A stretch of DNA of 64,000 bases from Thecamonas trahens ATCC 50062 (taxonomy: Eukaryota; Protista; Apusomonadida): the NCBI RefSeq assembly GCF_000142905.1, contig NW_013657638.1:1-64000 (forward strand), read 5' to 3'. The notes under the pieces are model-generated. The model had not been told where the DNA came from. It did not search any database and was given only the letters and a program-made list of their open reading frames with translations. How positions within the stretch are numbered: the first letter of the stretch is position 1; each line of letters opens with the position of its first letter. Positions 23,134 to 34,604 of this stretch are shown here, one piece after another. Both the position numbers and the translations under genes were made by a program.

Positions 23134-23230
23134 ACAGAGTCAGGTGGCTCAGGCTGGAGCGCTTGGAGCCGACCGAGGAAGCACCGTCGTCTCACGCCAC
23201 CAACGAATGCACTCTAATCGAAATGAATCG

Positions 23231-23402
23231 AATGCCCTTCGATGCCCTCCAATGCCCTTCAATGCCCTCCAATGCCCTCCAATGCCCTCCAATGCCCTCC
23301 AATGCCCTTCGATGCCCTCCAATGCCCTTCGATCGGATGCCCTTCAATCGGATGCCCTTCAATCGGATGCCCTTCAATCAAATACCCTTCAATCAAATAT
23401 TC
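23231..23402. repeat. Compound minisatellite: ten 10-mers (a/g)atgccct(c/t)c grading into 15-mers aatcggatgcccttc / aatcaaatacccttc
   Basis: Seen directly, in the divergent intergenic region between the RapGAP and DCX genes. Confidence 0.95.
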
Positions 23403-23529
23403 AAATGCTCTCCAAAACCGCCCAACCCCCCTCCCCCCCCCCCCCCCCCCACCCCCCCAGACCCAACTCCACTCGACTCCACACGGCCAAAACGCACAAC
23501 CCTCGCCAGTCACCCACCCACAGCTAGCC

Positions 23530-24798
23530 ATGCCCGGTGTGGTCATCCATGTGCTGCGCAATGGGGACACACTGACACCGGCTCGACGTATCGTCATCAA
23601 TACCTCACGGACTCGGACAAGAGATGCTCTGGTGGACGAACTGGGTCAGGCCATGGGCCTCATCAACGGCTCGGCTCTCGCCCGCTTGGCCACTCTCTCC
23701 GGCACTCTGGTTAAGGACCCGAGTGGTCTCGTCTCAGGTGCCTACTACATCGCTGCCTCGAAGACACTTCTTCATCCTCTCTCTTCCATCTGGCGATACA
23801 AGGTGCCCAAGCACATTCTCGACAAGGCGCTGTCCAAGGGCAAGTTTCCGCGACGATCGCCATCGACACGCTCGAGCAAGTCCGGTCGCGGTCGAGGAGG
23901 CGCCAGCAGCTCCGGCCGCAGCTCGCCTGTGCCACCGTCGTCGGCTCCCGATCGTGCCACGCATCCGCGAGTCGCCCGCAGGAAGCGTCGGAGCCAACTC
24001 CGCCGCGACGCCGCCCGCCATCAGCCGGTCGTCATCTGGATCTGCCGCAACAACGATGCCTTTACCGACCCGGAGCGCATTCTCTATCGCCCCGATCGGC
24101 ACATGACTCTGGCGGCCTTTGTCGCCGCCTGTGAGCGCGTCCTGCCGCTGATGGAGGGCGCCGCCACGCACCTGTGCGACATGGGTGGCAATGAGGTCTA
24201 TGACGTCTCGCAGTTCGAGTACGGCGAGACATATGTCCTCTGCGGTGGCCTTGTTCCGTTCCGCTTCATCGACTACCCACGCGCGCCGGTCATGAACTCA
24301 TCGGCCGCGCTGGCCGCCTCTGACGCCGTCCCGCGCATCGCCCTCACCGACGCCAACACCTCACTCGACTCGTCGCGCGCGCCCACGACCTCGCTCTCGC
24401 CCACCCGCTCGCTGGTCATTCTCGTCTACAAGAACGGGGACGAGTACTTTCCAGGCATTGCGGTCAACGTGGCACAGCGGATGTTCAAGTCTATGCCGGG
24501 CTTCCTCGCCAGCCTTGCCGAGCGCCTCGACATGCCGTGGGGCGTCCGCCGCCTCTACGCCTGCCCGTCGGGCGACCGGGTCCGCAAGCTCGCCCACCTC
24601 ATCAATGGCGGCTTATACGTCGCTGCCGGCAATAAGGCCTACAAGCATGTCGAGTACCCAATGCCGTCACCACTCGACGACTCGGCCTCGTTTGAGCTCG
24701 ATGACGACACCATCGTCATGCCCGAGCGCCTCCGTCCGGCAACCCCCGATCGCGAGTGGCGCAACACTTCGACCTACCGCCGCCGCGCCCGTGAATGA
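23530..24798 (+). CDS. Doublecortin-domain protein with three DCX domains (DCDC2-like)
   Basis: Three repeats starting IHVLRNGD, IWICRNND and ILVYKNGD and ending GAYYIAAS, GETYVLCG and GGLYVAAG. Confidence 0.88.
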   Translation: MPGVVIHVLRNGDTLTPARRIVINTSRTRTRDALVDELGQAMGLINGSALARLATLSGTLVKDPSGLVSGAYYIAASKTLLHPLSSIWRYKVPKHILDKALSKGKFPRRSPSTRSSKSGRGRGGASSSGRSSPVPPSSAPDRATHPRVARRKRRSQLRRDAARHQPVVIWICRNNDAFTDPERILYRPDRHMTLAAFVAACERVLPLMEGAATHLCDMGGNEVYDVSQFEYGETYVLCGGLVPFRFIDYPRAPVMNSSAALAASDAVPRIALTDANTSLDSSRAPTTSLSPTRSLVILVYKNGDEYFPGIAVNVAQRMFKSMPGFLASLAERLDMPWGVRRLYACPSGDRVRKLAHLINGGLYVAAGNKAYKHVEYPMPSPLDDSASFELDDDTIVMPERLRPATPDREWRNTSTYRRRARE

Positions 24799-24867
24799 AC
24801 CACCCCACCCCCCCCCCCCCCCCCACCCCCCACCCACCCCACCCCCATACCATGATATGTGCTGCTG

Positions 24868-27800
24868 TTACTGAGTCTCCTCGCCACCAAACCAGAGGCC
24901 GGCTGCCACCGCCGCCGCCGCCGCCGCCACGCCCACGCCGGCCATCCACAGCTGCATCGGCCTCTCGCCGCTCGAGCGTCCGCGGCTCGGGCCGTCAAAC
25001 GGCGTGCTGCCGTCGGGAGCCTCGTCGTCGCTCTCGCTCTCGCTCTCGCTCTCGCTTGCGCTCGCGCTTGCGCTCGGCACATCGCCAGCCTCTAGCACAT
25101 ACTTGCCTCTGCTCACAGCCACAACGCTGCTAAAGGCCGACCGCTCGCCTCCCGCGCCGAGTCCACGGACCTTGACCCGAACACCGGCCTCGTCAGGAAT
25201 TTGGAACTCGTACTGCGGAAGACTGCCGGCGTAGATCAGCCGCCATCCATCGCCGGCGTCCGTCTCGTCGACGAAAAGCTCGTACTGCGTGGTCGGGACC
25301 ACGCCGCGGGCCTTCCGCGCCTTGGCCAGCTTCCGCTTCCGCGCCTTGGACATGGGGGCAGCCTCGTCCCATACCAGCGTCACCTCGCCCGCGTTGGCCC
25401 GGGCCGGCTCGCTGTGCGGCTGGACCATCGGCGGCTGCGGGGCCAGCGCCCGTGGCGGAAGCGTCATGACGTCCAGCACCTCGGACGGCGCCGAAATGCC
25501 TTCGGAAGACACGCCCGCCACCGAGAACCGGTACCGGGTTCCCGGCGACAGTCCACTGATCTCAGCCGCCGTCTTGGTCGTGGTGAGGAGCTGCTCGCGG
25601 ATCGGCAGGCCGGCGTCGTCGAGCCCGACCTCCGAGTACACAACATACTTGAAGACCGGTGCCCCAAAGTCGTGTTCCGGCGGGTGCCACCGCAACCCGA
25701 TCGACTCTTGACCGACCGCGCCGGTCGACGCCAACGCTGGCGGCTCCATCTGCGACGGCGGCATGCCACGGAGCGTCGCCGTCGCCCGCTCCGACCGCGG
25801 CGACATCCCTAGCGCGTTCCACGCCACGCTCGCCAGCTCGAGCGACATGCCCGGTGAGAGACCGCTGACAACCACCGGCACAGGCATGGCCATGCCTGCC
25901 GCCACCGGCACCGCCGCCACCGGGGCCCAGCTCGTGTACGAAAGCACTGCACCCGACGCCAGCGTCATAGTCTCGCTGCGCTCGAGCGACGGCGCGTAAA
26001 CAATGCGCGCCAGTACGTCGAGCCTCACAAACGGTGCGAGTCCGTCGCGCTCCGGCAGCGCCACACTGACCTCAACACCGCTGGCGGTCGTCTCGCCCAC
26101 GCGCGGCGCCGGCGGCGGTGTCGGCGGCGGCTGTGGCGCGAGTGTCAGCCACTCGGTCCACGGCCCGCGCGGCGTCTCGCCAACCCGATTGCGGAGAGCG
26201 AGCGCAAACCGATAGACGTGCGCGTCGTCGAGCTGTCGCAGCGTTGCACACGCCTCTTTGTCCATGTACACCCGCGAGAGCGTAGGCTTGTGCTGCTTCT
26301 CGACGGACCCCGTCCGCGCCAGCGCCTCTTGATATACCACATAGGCCGAGAGCGGCGCCCGCGGATCCTGAGCGGCCGCCGGCAGCGGAGCCCAACCGAG
26401 AACAAGCGTGTCGAGGGTGACACCGATGACGCTTGGCGGCGCAAGCGGCGGTGGCGGCAAACCAGGTGGTGGCGGTGGAGTGGTCACCGCCACCTCCTGC
26501 GACGGATTCGATGCGCCGGTCGAGTTGGACGCCACCAGCGAGATCTTGTACAGCGTCGACGGGGTGAGGTCCGCAAGGCACGCTTGCCGTGCCCGCCCGG
26601 GGAGCTCGAGTCCCGGCAGGGTGTGCTCGGTCCCGTCGCGTGCGACAGCGACGGCCGAGAGTTCAAAGCTCAGCAGTGGAGCACCCTGAGAGTCTGGTGC
26701 TTCCCAGGCCACCTCGATCGAGTCGTGGGTCATGGCGGTGACAGTGACTGCAGCTGGCTGCGCCGGGCGAGCGGCGGGGTGGAGAACTTGAGCGGCCGCG
26801 ACCGGCTCGACTCGCCGGCGGCGGTCACCGTTGCCACCTCCAGCGTGCCAGAAAGGCCAGGTTGAAGGCCATTGACGCGAGCGTGGCACTGCTCGGTCTC
26901 GAGATAGAGCGCGCTATTGAGGTAGACTCTGTAGGCCGAGACCGGGAGGCCACCGGTGACCAGCGGTGCGGTCCACACCATTCGCAACGAGGTCGGCGCG
27001 ACTGTCCCGTCGATCTTGAGCTTGGTGGGCGGGTGGGCAACGCCAGCGGCGGTGGCAAAGGTCACCACGGTCGACGGCGGCGACTCGCCTTTGGAGTTGG
27101 ATGCCACCAGCCGAAAGGTGTATTCGGTTGCCGGCGCGAGGCCGGAGACTTCGGCCGTCGTCTCGCCGCCGCGGAAAGTGGGCTTGAACGACTCAGCGCC
27201 TGCCGCCATCGAGAGGCAGTACGCCAACTCGTTGCGCGGCGCGCCGCCCACAGACTCGGGCGGGCGCCAGGCGAGGGTGAGCGCTGTCTCGCGGGCAGAG
27301 ACCAGCGTCGGCGGCAGCGGCTCGCTCGGCGGGAGGATTTTGAGCCGAGCGTGGGTGATGGGCGAAAAGGCCGAGAGACCGAGCTCGTTCCGTGCTGCGC
27401 AGCGAAAGGCAAGCCGCGAGCCCGGGGCGAGGCTGTCGATGCGGATGGCCTTGCCGACGGCGTTCTTATTGGAGGCCACGGCGATGGTAAAGGTGCGGCA
27501 CGCAACAAACTCGGCCTCGCCCTGTCGTCCCGACGCCGACGCCGAGCTGCCACCAAGCGAGCCGTCGTCGACATGGACAATGTACTCGGTGATGGCCTTG
27601 CCGTTGTCTGCCGGCGACTTGCCGCAGATGAACCGAATCCATGACGAGGTGAACTTGCCGACGGTGACTTGCGCCGGGGCCTCGGGCACGTCCGGCAGCG
27701 TGGTGGCATGAAAGACTTCCGATGGGAGGTAAGTGATCGGCCCCGGGGCGTAGAGCACCTCACCACCAGCCTCGGTATCATCATCAGCGCTAGCCTTGGC

Positions 27801-28139
27801 ATCGGCTGCCACGGCGGCGTAGTCGATCTCGCCCACCACAACCAGAATGCGAAAAGCAATGGTCTGCGCCGGACGGAGGCCACCTTCCAGTTCAAACACA
27901 GTATCCTCGGTATCAGCCAGATCGATAAACTCCTCACCGTTCTCCAAATCAACCTCGACGATGTAGCTGAGTCTGGCCGAGGGATGCGGTCTCGGCTGCG
28001 GTGTCCATGTCACCACCAACGACGTCGGCGACGGTGACGCAGCCTTGACAGACAAGCTTGGCTTGAGAGGTGGGGGTGGGGGTGGAGGAGGAGGAGGCTC
28101 TGCCACAGCTGGTCCTCCTCCGTTTGAGCCCTTCCCCAT
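24868..28139 (-). CDS. Nine fibronectin type III domains with a C-terminal tail anchor (FNDC3-like); frameshift at 26776-26779
   Basis: Repeated P..P......T..S..V.W..P....G.PI..Y / GL.PGT.Y.F.V.A.N..G.S..S units; Pro-rich N-terminus and no signal peptide; C-terminal LWMAGVGVAAAAAAVAAGLWF. ORFs 26730..28175 and 24868..26889 join with one extra base. Confidence 0.88.
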
Positions 28140-28702
28140 GCCCCTCTCCTCCTTCACAAGGAAGCCGCGTCGCATGCCGTGTGCGAAACCCTTTTGGCGA
28201 GTGGCTCCCGCAAAAGTCGAGTGGTCGCCCTTGAGTCGTCGCCTCCCGCTTCGCCTCGTTCAACCTCAAGCAGCTTTCAAATACGGCGCGCTCTCATCCA
28301 TGGGCGTCTCGTAGCCATAGTTGCGAGATCTTGATATATCTATCATTCCAGCACACACATAAGGACGACAAAGACGACGAAGATGAACAATACCGGTGTG
28401 ATGACCGTGGCCCCGTGGCGTGTGTCCATCCATGTCCCGGCTACGTGACAGAGCGTGTACAACCAGATCATGCACCTATTGTCCGCACCGCAGCCATTGC
28501 CATTCCACTCCTTCCCCTCGACCAAGACCCACATCGGATGATCGCCTCCCGCCGGCTTTGATCTCGCAGCGCGTCAGCGAAGCGCCTGTGGGCCGCAAAC
28601 AGGCACGACGGCGCGACGGCACGACGGGCTCAGGCTCTGGCTCAGGCTCGGACTTGGGCCTTCCAACTCGACTCGAGTCGGCCAGAGCGGGGGGGGGAAA
28701 GG

Positions 28703-29836
28703 ATGCCGTCGCTCGTGGCGGTGGTAGCTGTGGGTACGGCGTCTGTCGTTGCCGGCGTGGTGGGCTTCTGGGCTGCTATGTCGCCGCCTGCGCCGTCGTT
28801 GGAGGACCCGCCCATGGAGCCGGAGCTGGCGCCGTCGTCACGGCTGGCTGTCCAAGATCGGGAGGGGGCATGGGCTGGCGAGGGCGAGGCTCGAATGGAC
28901 GATGTGCCGTATCGGATTCTCTCACTCGACGGTGGCGGTGTCCGCGGCGTCTACACCGCTGTCCTCCTCCATCGTCTGGTCGAGGCCTGCCCGGAGCTAC
29001 TCGACGCGGTGGACATGATCGCAGGCACGTCGACCGGTGGCCTTCTGGCATGCATGCTTGCGGCAGGCTACTCGCCGGCGCAGTGCCGCGACATCTATCT
29101 CAAAGAGTGCCCGTACATCTTCTCGTCGAGCTTGCTCCGGAGACTCTCGCCATTCAATGCCAAGTACGGATCGCAGCCCAAGAAGGCGATCATGGAAAAG
29201 TACCTCGGCGATACGACGCTCGGCGAGCTGTACAAGTATGTAGTGGTGACCGCGTTCAAGCTCGACGGCAAGCCGGCGCCCGGCGGCCTGCCGACCTTCT
29301 TTCCGCCTGGCAACTGGCGGCCGGCGCTGTTCTCCAACCTCCCGCTTGGCGACCGCGGCAAGGTACCGCCCGACAACCATGTGCGTGCGGTCGACGTCGC
29401 CATGCGGACGTCGGCGGCGCCGACTTACTTCCCCATGGCCAGCGGCTACGCCGACGGGGCCATCGTGACCAACAACCCGGCACTGATGGCCGTCTCCAAG
29501 GCCTTCTCCACCTTTGACGCCGCCCAGCCGGAGAACTGCCGGGTTCTTTCCATCGGCTCGGGTACCATTCTCTACTCGCTCGATGTCGACGCGTACCCAG
29601 ACCTCGGGTACGTCGGCTTTGGCCCGTCGCTCTTTGACGTTCTCTTTGAGTCCAAGTCACTCGCCACCGAGATCAACGCCCGCCTCTTGCTGCAGAACTC
29701 ATACCATCGCCTCGATCCTGTCCTCCCCTACCGCATCGCCCTCGACGACGTGACCGCCATGGACGATCTCGTCACTCTCGCCGAGGCTGTCGACCTCTCC
29801 GAGACCATCGAGTGGATTCGCGATAACTGGCTGTAG
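28703..29836 (+). CDS. Patatin-like phospholipase with an N-terminal hydrophobic anchor
   Basis: RILSLDGGGVRG, AGTSTGG (nucleophile Ser), TSAAPTYF, DGA..NNP. Confidence 0.95.
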   Translation: MPSLVAVVAVGTASVVAGVVGFWAAMSPPAPSLEDPPMEPELAPSSRLAVQDREGAWAGEGEARMDDVPYRILSLDGGGVRGVYTAVLLHRLVEACPELLDAVDMIAGTSTGGLLACMLAAGYSPAQCRDIYLKECPYIFSSSLLRRLSPFNAKYGSQPKKAIMEKYLGDTTLGELYKYVVVTAFKLDGKPAPGGLPTFFPPGNWRPALFSNLPLGDRGKVPPDNHVRAVDVAMRTSAAPTYFPMASGYADGAIVTNNPALMAVSKAFSTFDAAQPENCRVLSIGSGTILYSLDVDAYPDLGYVGFGPSLFDVLFESKSLATEINARLLLQNSYHRLDPVLPYRIALDDVTAMDDLVTLAEAVDLSETIEWIRDNWL

Positions 29837-29936
29837 CAAGCCAGCAAGGGAGAACTACAGTGAAAACGGACAGGGTGTTTACCTCCTCGACACACTGCCG
29901 CCAGAGAAGACGGCAGTGCCAACGTGGGAGGAGCGC

Positions 29937-30924
29937 TTACTGGACGGAGAAGGCAAACTCGATGCAGGCGATCTCGTTGTTCTTCTGGTCGACGGCGGTG
30001 GCCTTGCCGGTGTACTTGCCAGACGGGGCCTCGGACGGAATCATCTCCGAGATGGAGAGAGTCTTGGACGCAAACGGCGCAATCGGGCACTTGTACGGGG
30101 TGTCGTTAAGGAGGGTGCAAAGGTCGTACGTGTGGTGCAGGAGGGTAATGATGCCGTACTTGACCTGGACGGTCACGGTCGAGCCGGTGTCAACAGGGTA
30201 CGTCTTGGTGTCCGAGGCAGTCACAGTCAGGGTCACGTTCGAGCCCTTGTTCACAGTACCGCCCGACGGCGAGATGGTCACAGACTCGATCTGGGCGTCA
30301 TCCGTCGACGCGCCGCAGTCGCACCAGCCCTGCGAGTTGGGCACTGTCACGTCCATCACCATCGCAGCCAAGACAAGCGTTGCATGAGTGAGACGACCCT
30401 CCTCTTTTCTAACACCTCCCCACACTCCATCACCTCCGATCCCCCCGCCACCACCCACACCATCACCAAGCACACGCTCTTTGCTTTCCATCCGTCTCTT
30501 CCTCACTAACCGGTGGTGGTCACACCTTCGTCTAGCAGGCCTTTTCTCCGCTCTTCCCCCTGCAGTGCCCGTCACTGAAAAAATATCGCACTGGCACGCG
30601 TGCCGCGACCTCCAGCAAAGGCCGGGAAGGAGAGCTGGTGGCCGTGGCGAACTGGACTACGTCCACCATCACCTCCTCCTCCATCTACAGACTCTCTGTC
30701 ACACCCGATATGCCTCATTGCGTATGCTGTGGCAGCCCGTCTCTCGCAGCCTCAGTCTCTTCCTCCATCCCGTCTCGCACGTGACCCAAGGCGACAGGTG
30801 GAAGGGAAGGGGGCCCAGTGTTGGCCAAGAGTGGGTACGTACCAGGGTCGGAGGAGCACATGGGCACAGAGGCCATAGCAGTGGCAGCAAGCGCCACGAG
30901 GACAAGCACAACAAACAGCTTCAT
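29937..30924 (-). CDS. ML (MD-2/NPC2-like lipid recognition) domain protein, secreted or lysosomal; exons 30924..30843 and 30343..29937
   Basis: Signal peptide MKLFVVLVLVALAATAMA; WCDCG...YDLC...CPIAP...IPSEAPSGKY...IACIEF. Phase-1 intron GTACGT...GACAG joins the exons in frame (162 aa). Confidence 0.88.
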
Positions 30925-32029
30925 GTTGGTGGAAATTGAGATGTGTGGGGAGAGAATGCGTGGTCGGGAGGCTGGGGGGTGGCGGGGCGGGGTGTGGGGG
31001 GTGAGGGGGGGGGAGGGCGAGGGCGATCGATCGGTGGCGGCTGTTCGCGGAATTGGCATCGATGGCTGTGGGGAGATGATGAGGGTAGTCAGTANNNNNN
31101 NNNNNNNNNNNNNNNNNNNNNNNNNNNNNNNNNNNNNNNNNNNNNNNNNNNNNNNNNNNNNNNNNNNNNNNNNNNNNNNNNNNNNNNNNNNNNNNNNNNN
31201 NNNNNNNNNNNNNNNNNNNNNNNNNNNNNNNNNNNNNNNNNNNNNNNNNNNNNNNNNNNNNNNNNNNNNNNNNNNNNNNNNNNNNNNNNNNNNNNNNNNN
31301 NNNNNNNNNNNNNNNNNNNNNNNNNNNNNNNNNNNNNNNNNNNNNNNNNNNNNNNNNNNNNNNNNNNNNNNNNNNNNNNNNNNNNNNNNNNNNNNNNNNN
31401 NNNNNNNNNNNNNNNNNNNNNNNNNNNNNNNNNNNNNNNNNNNNNNNNNNNNNNNNNNNNNNNNNNNNNNNNNNNNNNNNNNNNNNNNNNNNNNNNNNNN
31501 NNNNNNNNNNNNNNNNNNNNNNNNNNNNNNNNNNNNNNNNNNNNNNNNNNNNNNNNNNNNNNNNNNNNNNNNNNNNNNNNNNNNNNNNNNNNNNNNNNNN
31601 NNNNNNNNNNNNNNNNNNNNNNNNNNNNNNNNNNNNNNNNNNNNNNNNNNNNNNNNNNNNNNNNNNNNNNNNNNNNNNNNNNNNNNNNNNNNNNNNNNNN
31701 NNNNNNNNNNNNNNNNNNNNNNNNNNNNNNNNNNNNNNNNNNNNNNNNNNNNNNNNNNNNNNNNNNNNNNATGATGAGGGTAGTCAGTAGGGGGCGGGGT
31801 GAGGGGGGGGGTGAGGGGGGGAGGAGGGGGGGGGGGGGGGGGGGGGGCGAGGGCGATCGATCGGTGGCAGCTGTAGGGGGCGGGGTGTGAGGGGGCGAGG
31901 GGGAGGGAGGAGGACGGCCAGTCCTCCTCGACCCCAGGCTAGGGTCGTGTCACTCCACAACCAGCGCGGGAATAGGTGGTGGTCGCACATGCGGTGGGTG
32001 GGGGCGGGCAGTCACTCGACTCGGCAGCT

Positions 32030-34252
32030 ATGCCGTACGTGCTGGAGTTTGACGTCAACCATGAGCACTTTGGTATGTGAGGCGCATGAGAGGTGGCCTT
32101 TGGGGGGCAGGATGTAGACACGAGGGTGAATGGCTGACTCACAAAGTGTCTTGGTCCGCCAGGGGTCATGCATCGGTACGTCCGTGACGTGCTGGAGGAC
32201 GCCGGACTCGATGTTGAGCACGTCGACATCGGAGGTGATGGCGAGAGTGCAGTAGCGGGAAGCGGTGATGATGGTAGTCGCAGATGGTTTCTGGTCGTGC
32301 GGGCCTCGCGGGCGCGGCTGGAGAAGGAGTACACCCGTGAGCGAAGGCTGGGCATCGGCCTGTTTGCCGGCGATGATCCGGTGGCGCTCGACGATAGCGA
32401 CGAGAACGATGACATCGACAACATCGGCGATGAGAACGGCAAGAGCGACGACGGTGATGAAATCTCGGGCGCGATGCGGAGTGGAGAGGCTGTCTTTAAC
32501 GCCCGTGATGCCCTGGTTCTCCTGCGGGAGATTGTCGACGGCGTAGAGGTGGCCGAGAGCGACATGGACCTGTCGATCAAGTCGCGGCGGCGGTACGGCG
32601 GCATGCTTCCGCCGCTGGCTGAGTGTGGGCTGGGCATGTACGAGCCTGTCGTCGAGAGCCTCATCCATACCTCGAACTCGCTCATCCAGCAAGCCTTTCC
32701 GCTGCATGCGCGGCGCGCGCGGACCGAGGTCTGGCACAGCGTGATGGCAGTGCGGGAGACGGCCGTGCCGGAGCCTGTCCGCGAGTACTTTGGCGACAAG
32801 GCCACGCTCTTCCTCGAGTGGGCGCTTTTCTACACCAAGTGGATGGTGGTGCTCGCGGGGCTGGGGCTGGCGGTCTGGCTGCTGGAGGAAGTGGATCACT
32901 CGCACGACAACGTGCTTGTGGCGGCGTACTCGGCGGGGCTCGTCGTCTGGGCCTCGGGCTTTGCGCTCTTCTGGGCGCGGCGCCAGTCTGCGCTGGCGTG
33001 GGAGTGGGGCACGCTCGACATCGACGACGCGCTCGCTGAGGAGGTCCGGCCCGAGTTTGAGGGCGAGATGGACGAGTCGCCGGTGACCGGCCGGCTGGTC
33101 AAGACCTACCCCGAGTGGAAGCGGCAACTCAAGTACGCGGTCTCAGTTCCGGTCACCCTCGCCATGCTCGGCGTCTCAGTGGCAGTCATGGTGGCAGGCC
33201 TCAATGCGACGGCAGCGATTGATCCTGACTCGTTCCTCTTTGTGCCCGCACTCAACGGCCGCGGCGGCGACGGGCGCGGGCTCGCTGCCGACGACGACTC
33301 GCTGGTAGTCGGCATGCTGCCGTCGCTGGTGTACACGGTCGTCATTCTTGTGGTCAACGAGGTCTACTCGCGCATCGCTGTCTGCCTCAACAAGTGGGAA
33401 AACCACCGGACGCGCGAGTCATACGAGGCTGCGCTCATTCTCAAGCAGATTCCGTTCCAGCTCTTCAACTCGTTTGTGGGGCTCTTCTACCTCGCCTTTG
33501 TCGAGTGCAACATGGTCGAGCTGAGGGTCCAGCTCCGCGATCTGTTCATGACCGACTGGGTCCGCCGCGTCGTCGTCGGGGCCCTCATTCCATACGTTCT
33601 CAAAAAGTACGCCGAGTACACCGACGCCGCCGTGGTAGCCGCCAGCAAGAAGGCCGACGCGCCGGTGCCGAGCTCTTCGCCCCGCTTTGTCCTCGAGCTC
33701 CTCGTCGAGGCTGATCAGGATCGCATGGCCACCTTTGACGACTGGACCGAGCTGGTGACCCAGCTCGGATACGTCGCCTTTTTCTCGGCAGCCTTTCCGC
33801 TCGCGCCGCTGCTTGCGGTCCTTGGCAATGTCGTCGAGCTCCGCGCTCTTGTCTTCCGCTACGCTTTCCTCGTCCAGCGGGCCGATCCTGTCCGCGCCAA
33901 GTCCATCGGCGTGTGGATGGCCATCGTCAAGCTTGTCTGCCTTCTCGCAGTCATCATCAATGTCGGCATCTTTGGCTACACCACCAACCAGGCCCGCGCC
34001 GTCTTTGCCTTTTTCGGTCTTGACCTCTCCATCGTCGGTCACATGGCTCTTGTCATCACCCTCGAGCACGCCGCCGTCCTCGCTAAGGCCGTCGTTGAGT
34101 GGGTCGTCCCCGAGATCCCGGCATGGGTCACCATCGCTCGCGCCCGCACTCGCTTCCTTCTCGCCCAGTCCATCCGTGAGCGCGAACGTCGACGAATCCA
34201 GGAGCGCGAGCGCGAGCGCCGCCAGGCCCAGCATCGAACGATCCGAAAGTAA
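32030..34252 (+). CDS. Anoctamin/TMEM16 family protein (ANO8/10-like); exons 32030..32072 and 32163..34252
   Basis: VREYFGDK, VRPEFEG, WENHRT..SYE..LILK, FDDWTELVTQLGYVAFFSAAFPLAP..A..GNVVELR, SIGVW; 90-nt intron GTATGT...CTGAC...CAG. Confidence 0.94.
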
Positions 34253-34604
34253 GAAGAGAAACTGTCTCGTCGCCTAAAAGATCGGGGTGTGTTGATTTGC
34301 AGCCGGGGTAGACGACGTGAATTGTTGCGATCTGCCATTTTTGATGCCGAACACAACAGCAGAGTTTCCCGCACCAGGGAGCCCAAGGAAAATCCCCCCT
34401 GCTCAGCCCCCTCTCCCCCCCACACTATGCCACCTGCGCCCTCCACCATCACTTCCTCCTCAATGCCCGCATTGGCTGTGGATGGCTGGCGGCGGGCGAG
34501 ATCAAGGCGGGAAAAAAACCGAGTCCGTGAATTGTTCACTGTCAGCTAAGACTGTTGTTCGTTCCTTCCTTGGCATTCTCCTCTCTCGTTCACCTTTCAG
34601 CCAA

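Noticed and set aside
23231-23402. Repeat array as CRISPR or as a Cys-Pro coding repeat
   Set aside because: Simple head-to-tail minisatellite upstream of the DCX ATG.
31012-31890. Repeated motifs on both sides of the gap as mobile-element ends
   Set aside because: Direct, G-rich low-complexity repeats (atgatgagggtagtcagta; gggcgagggcgatcgatcggtggc) that probably caused the gap; no TIR, TSD or transposase visible.
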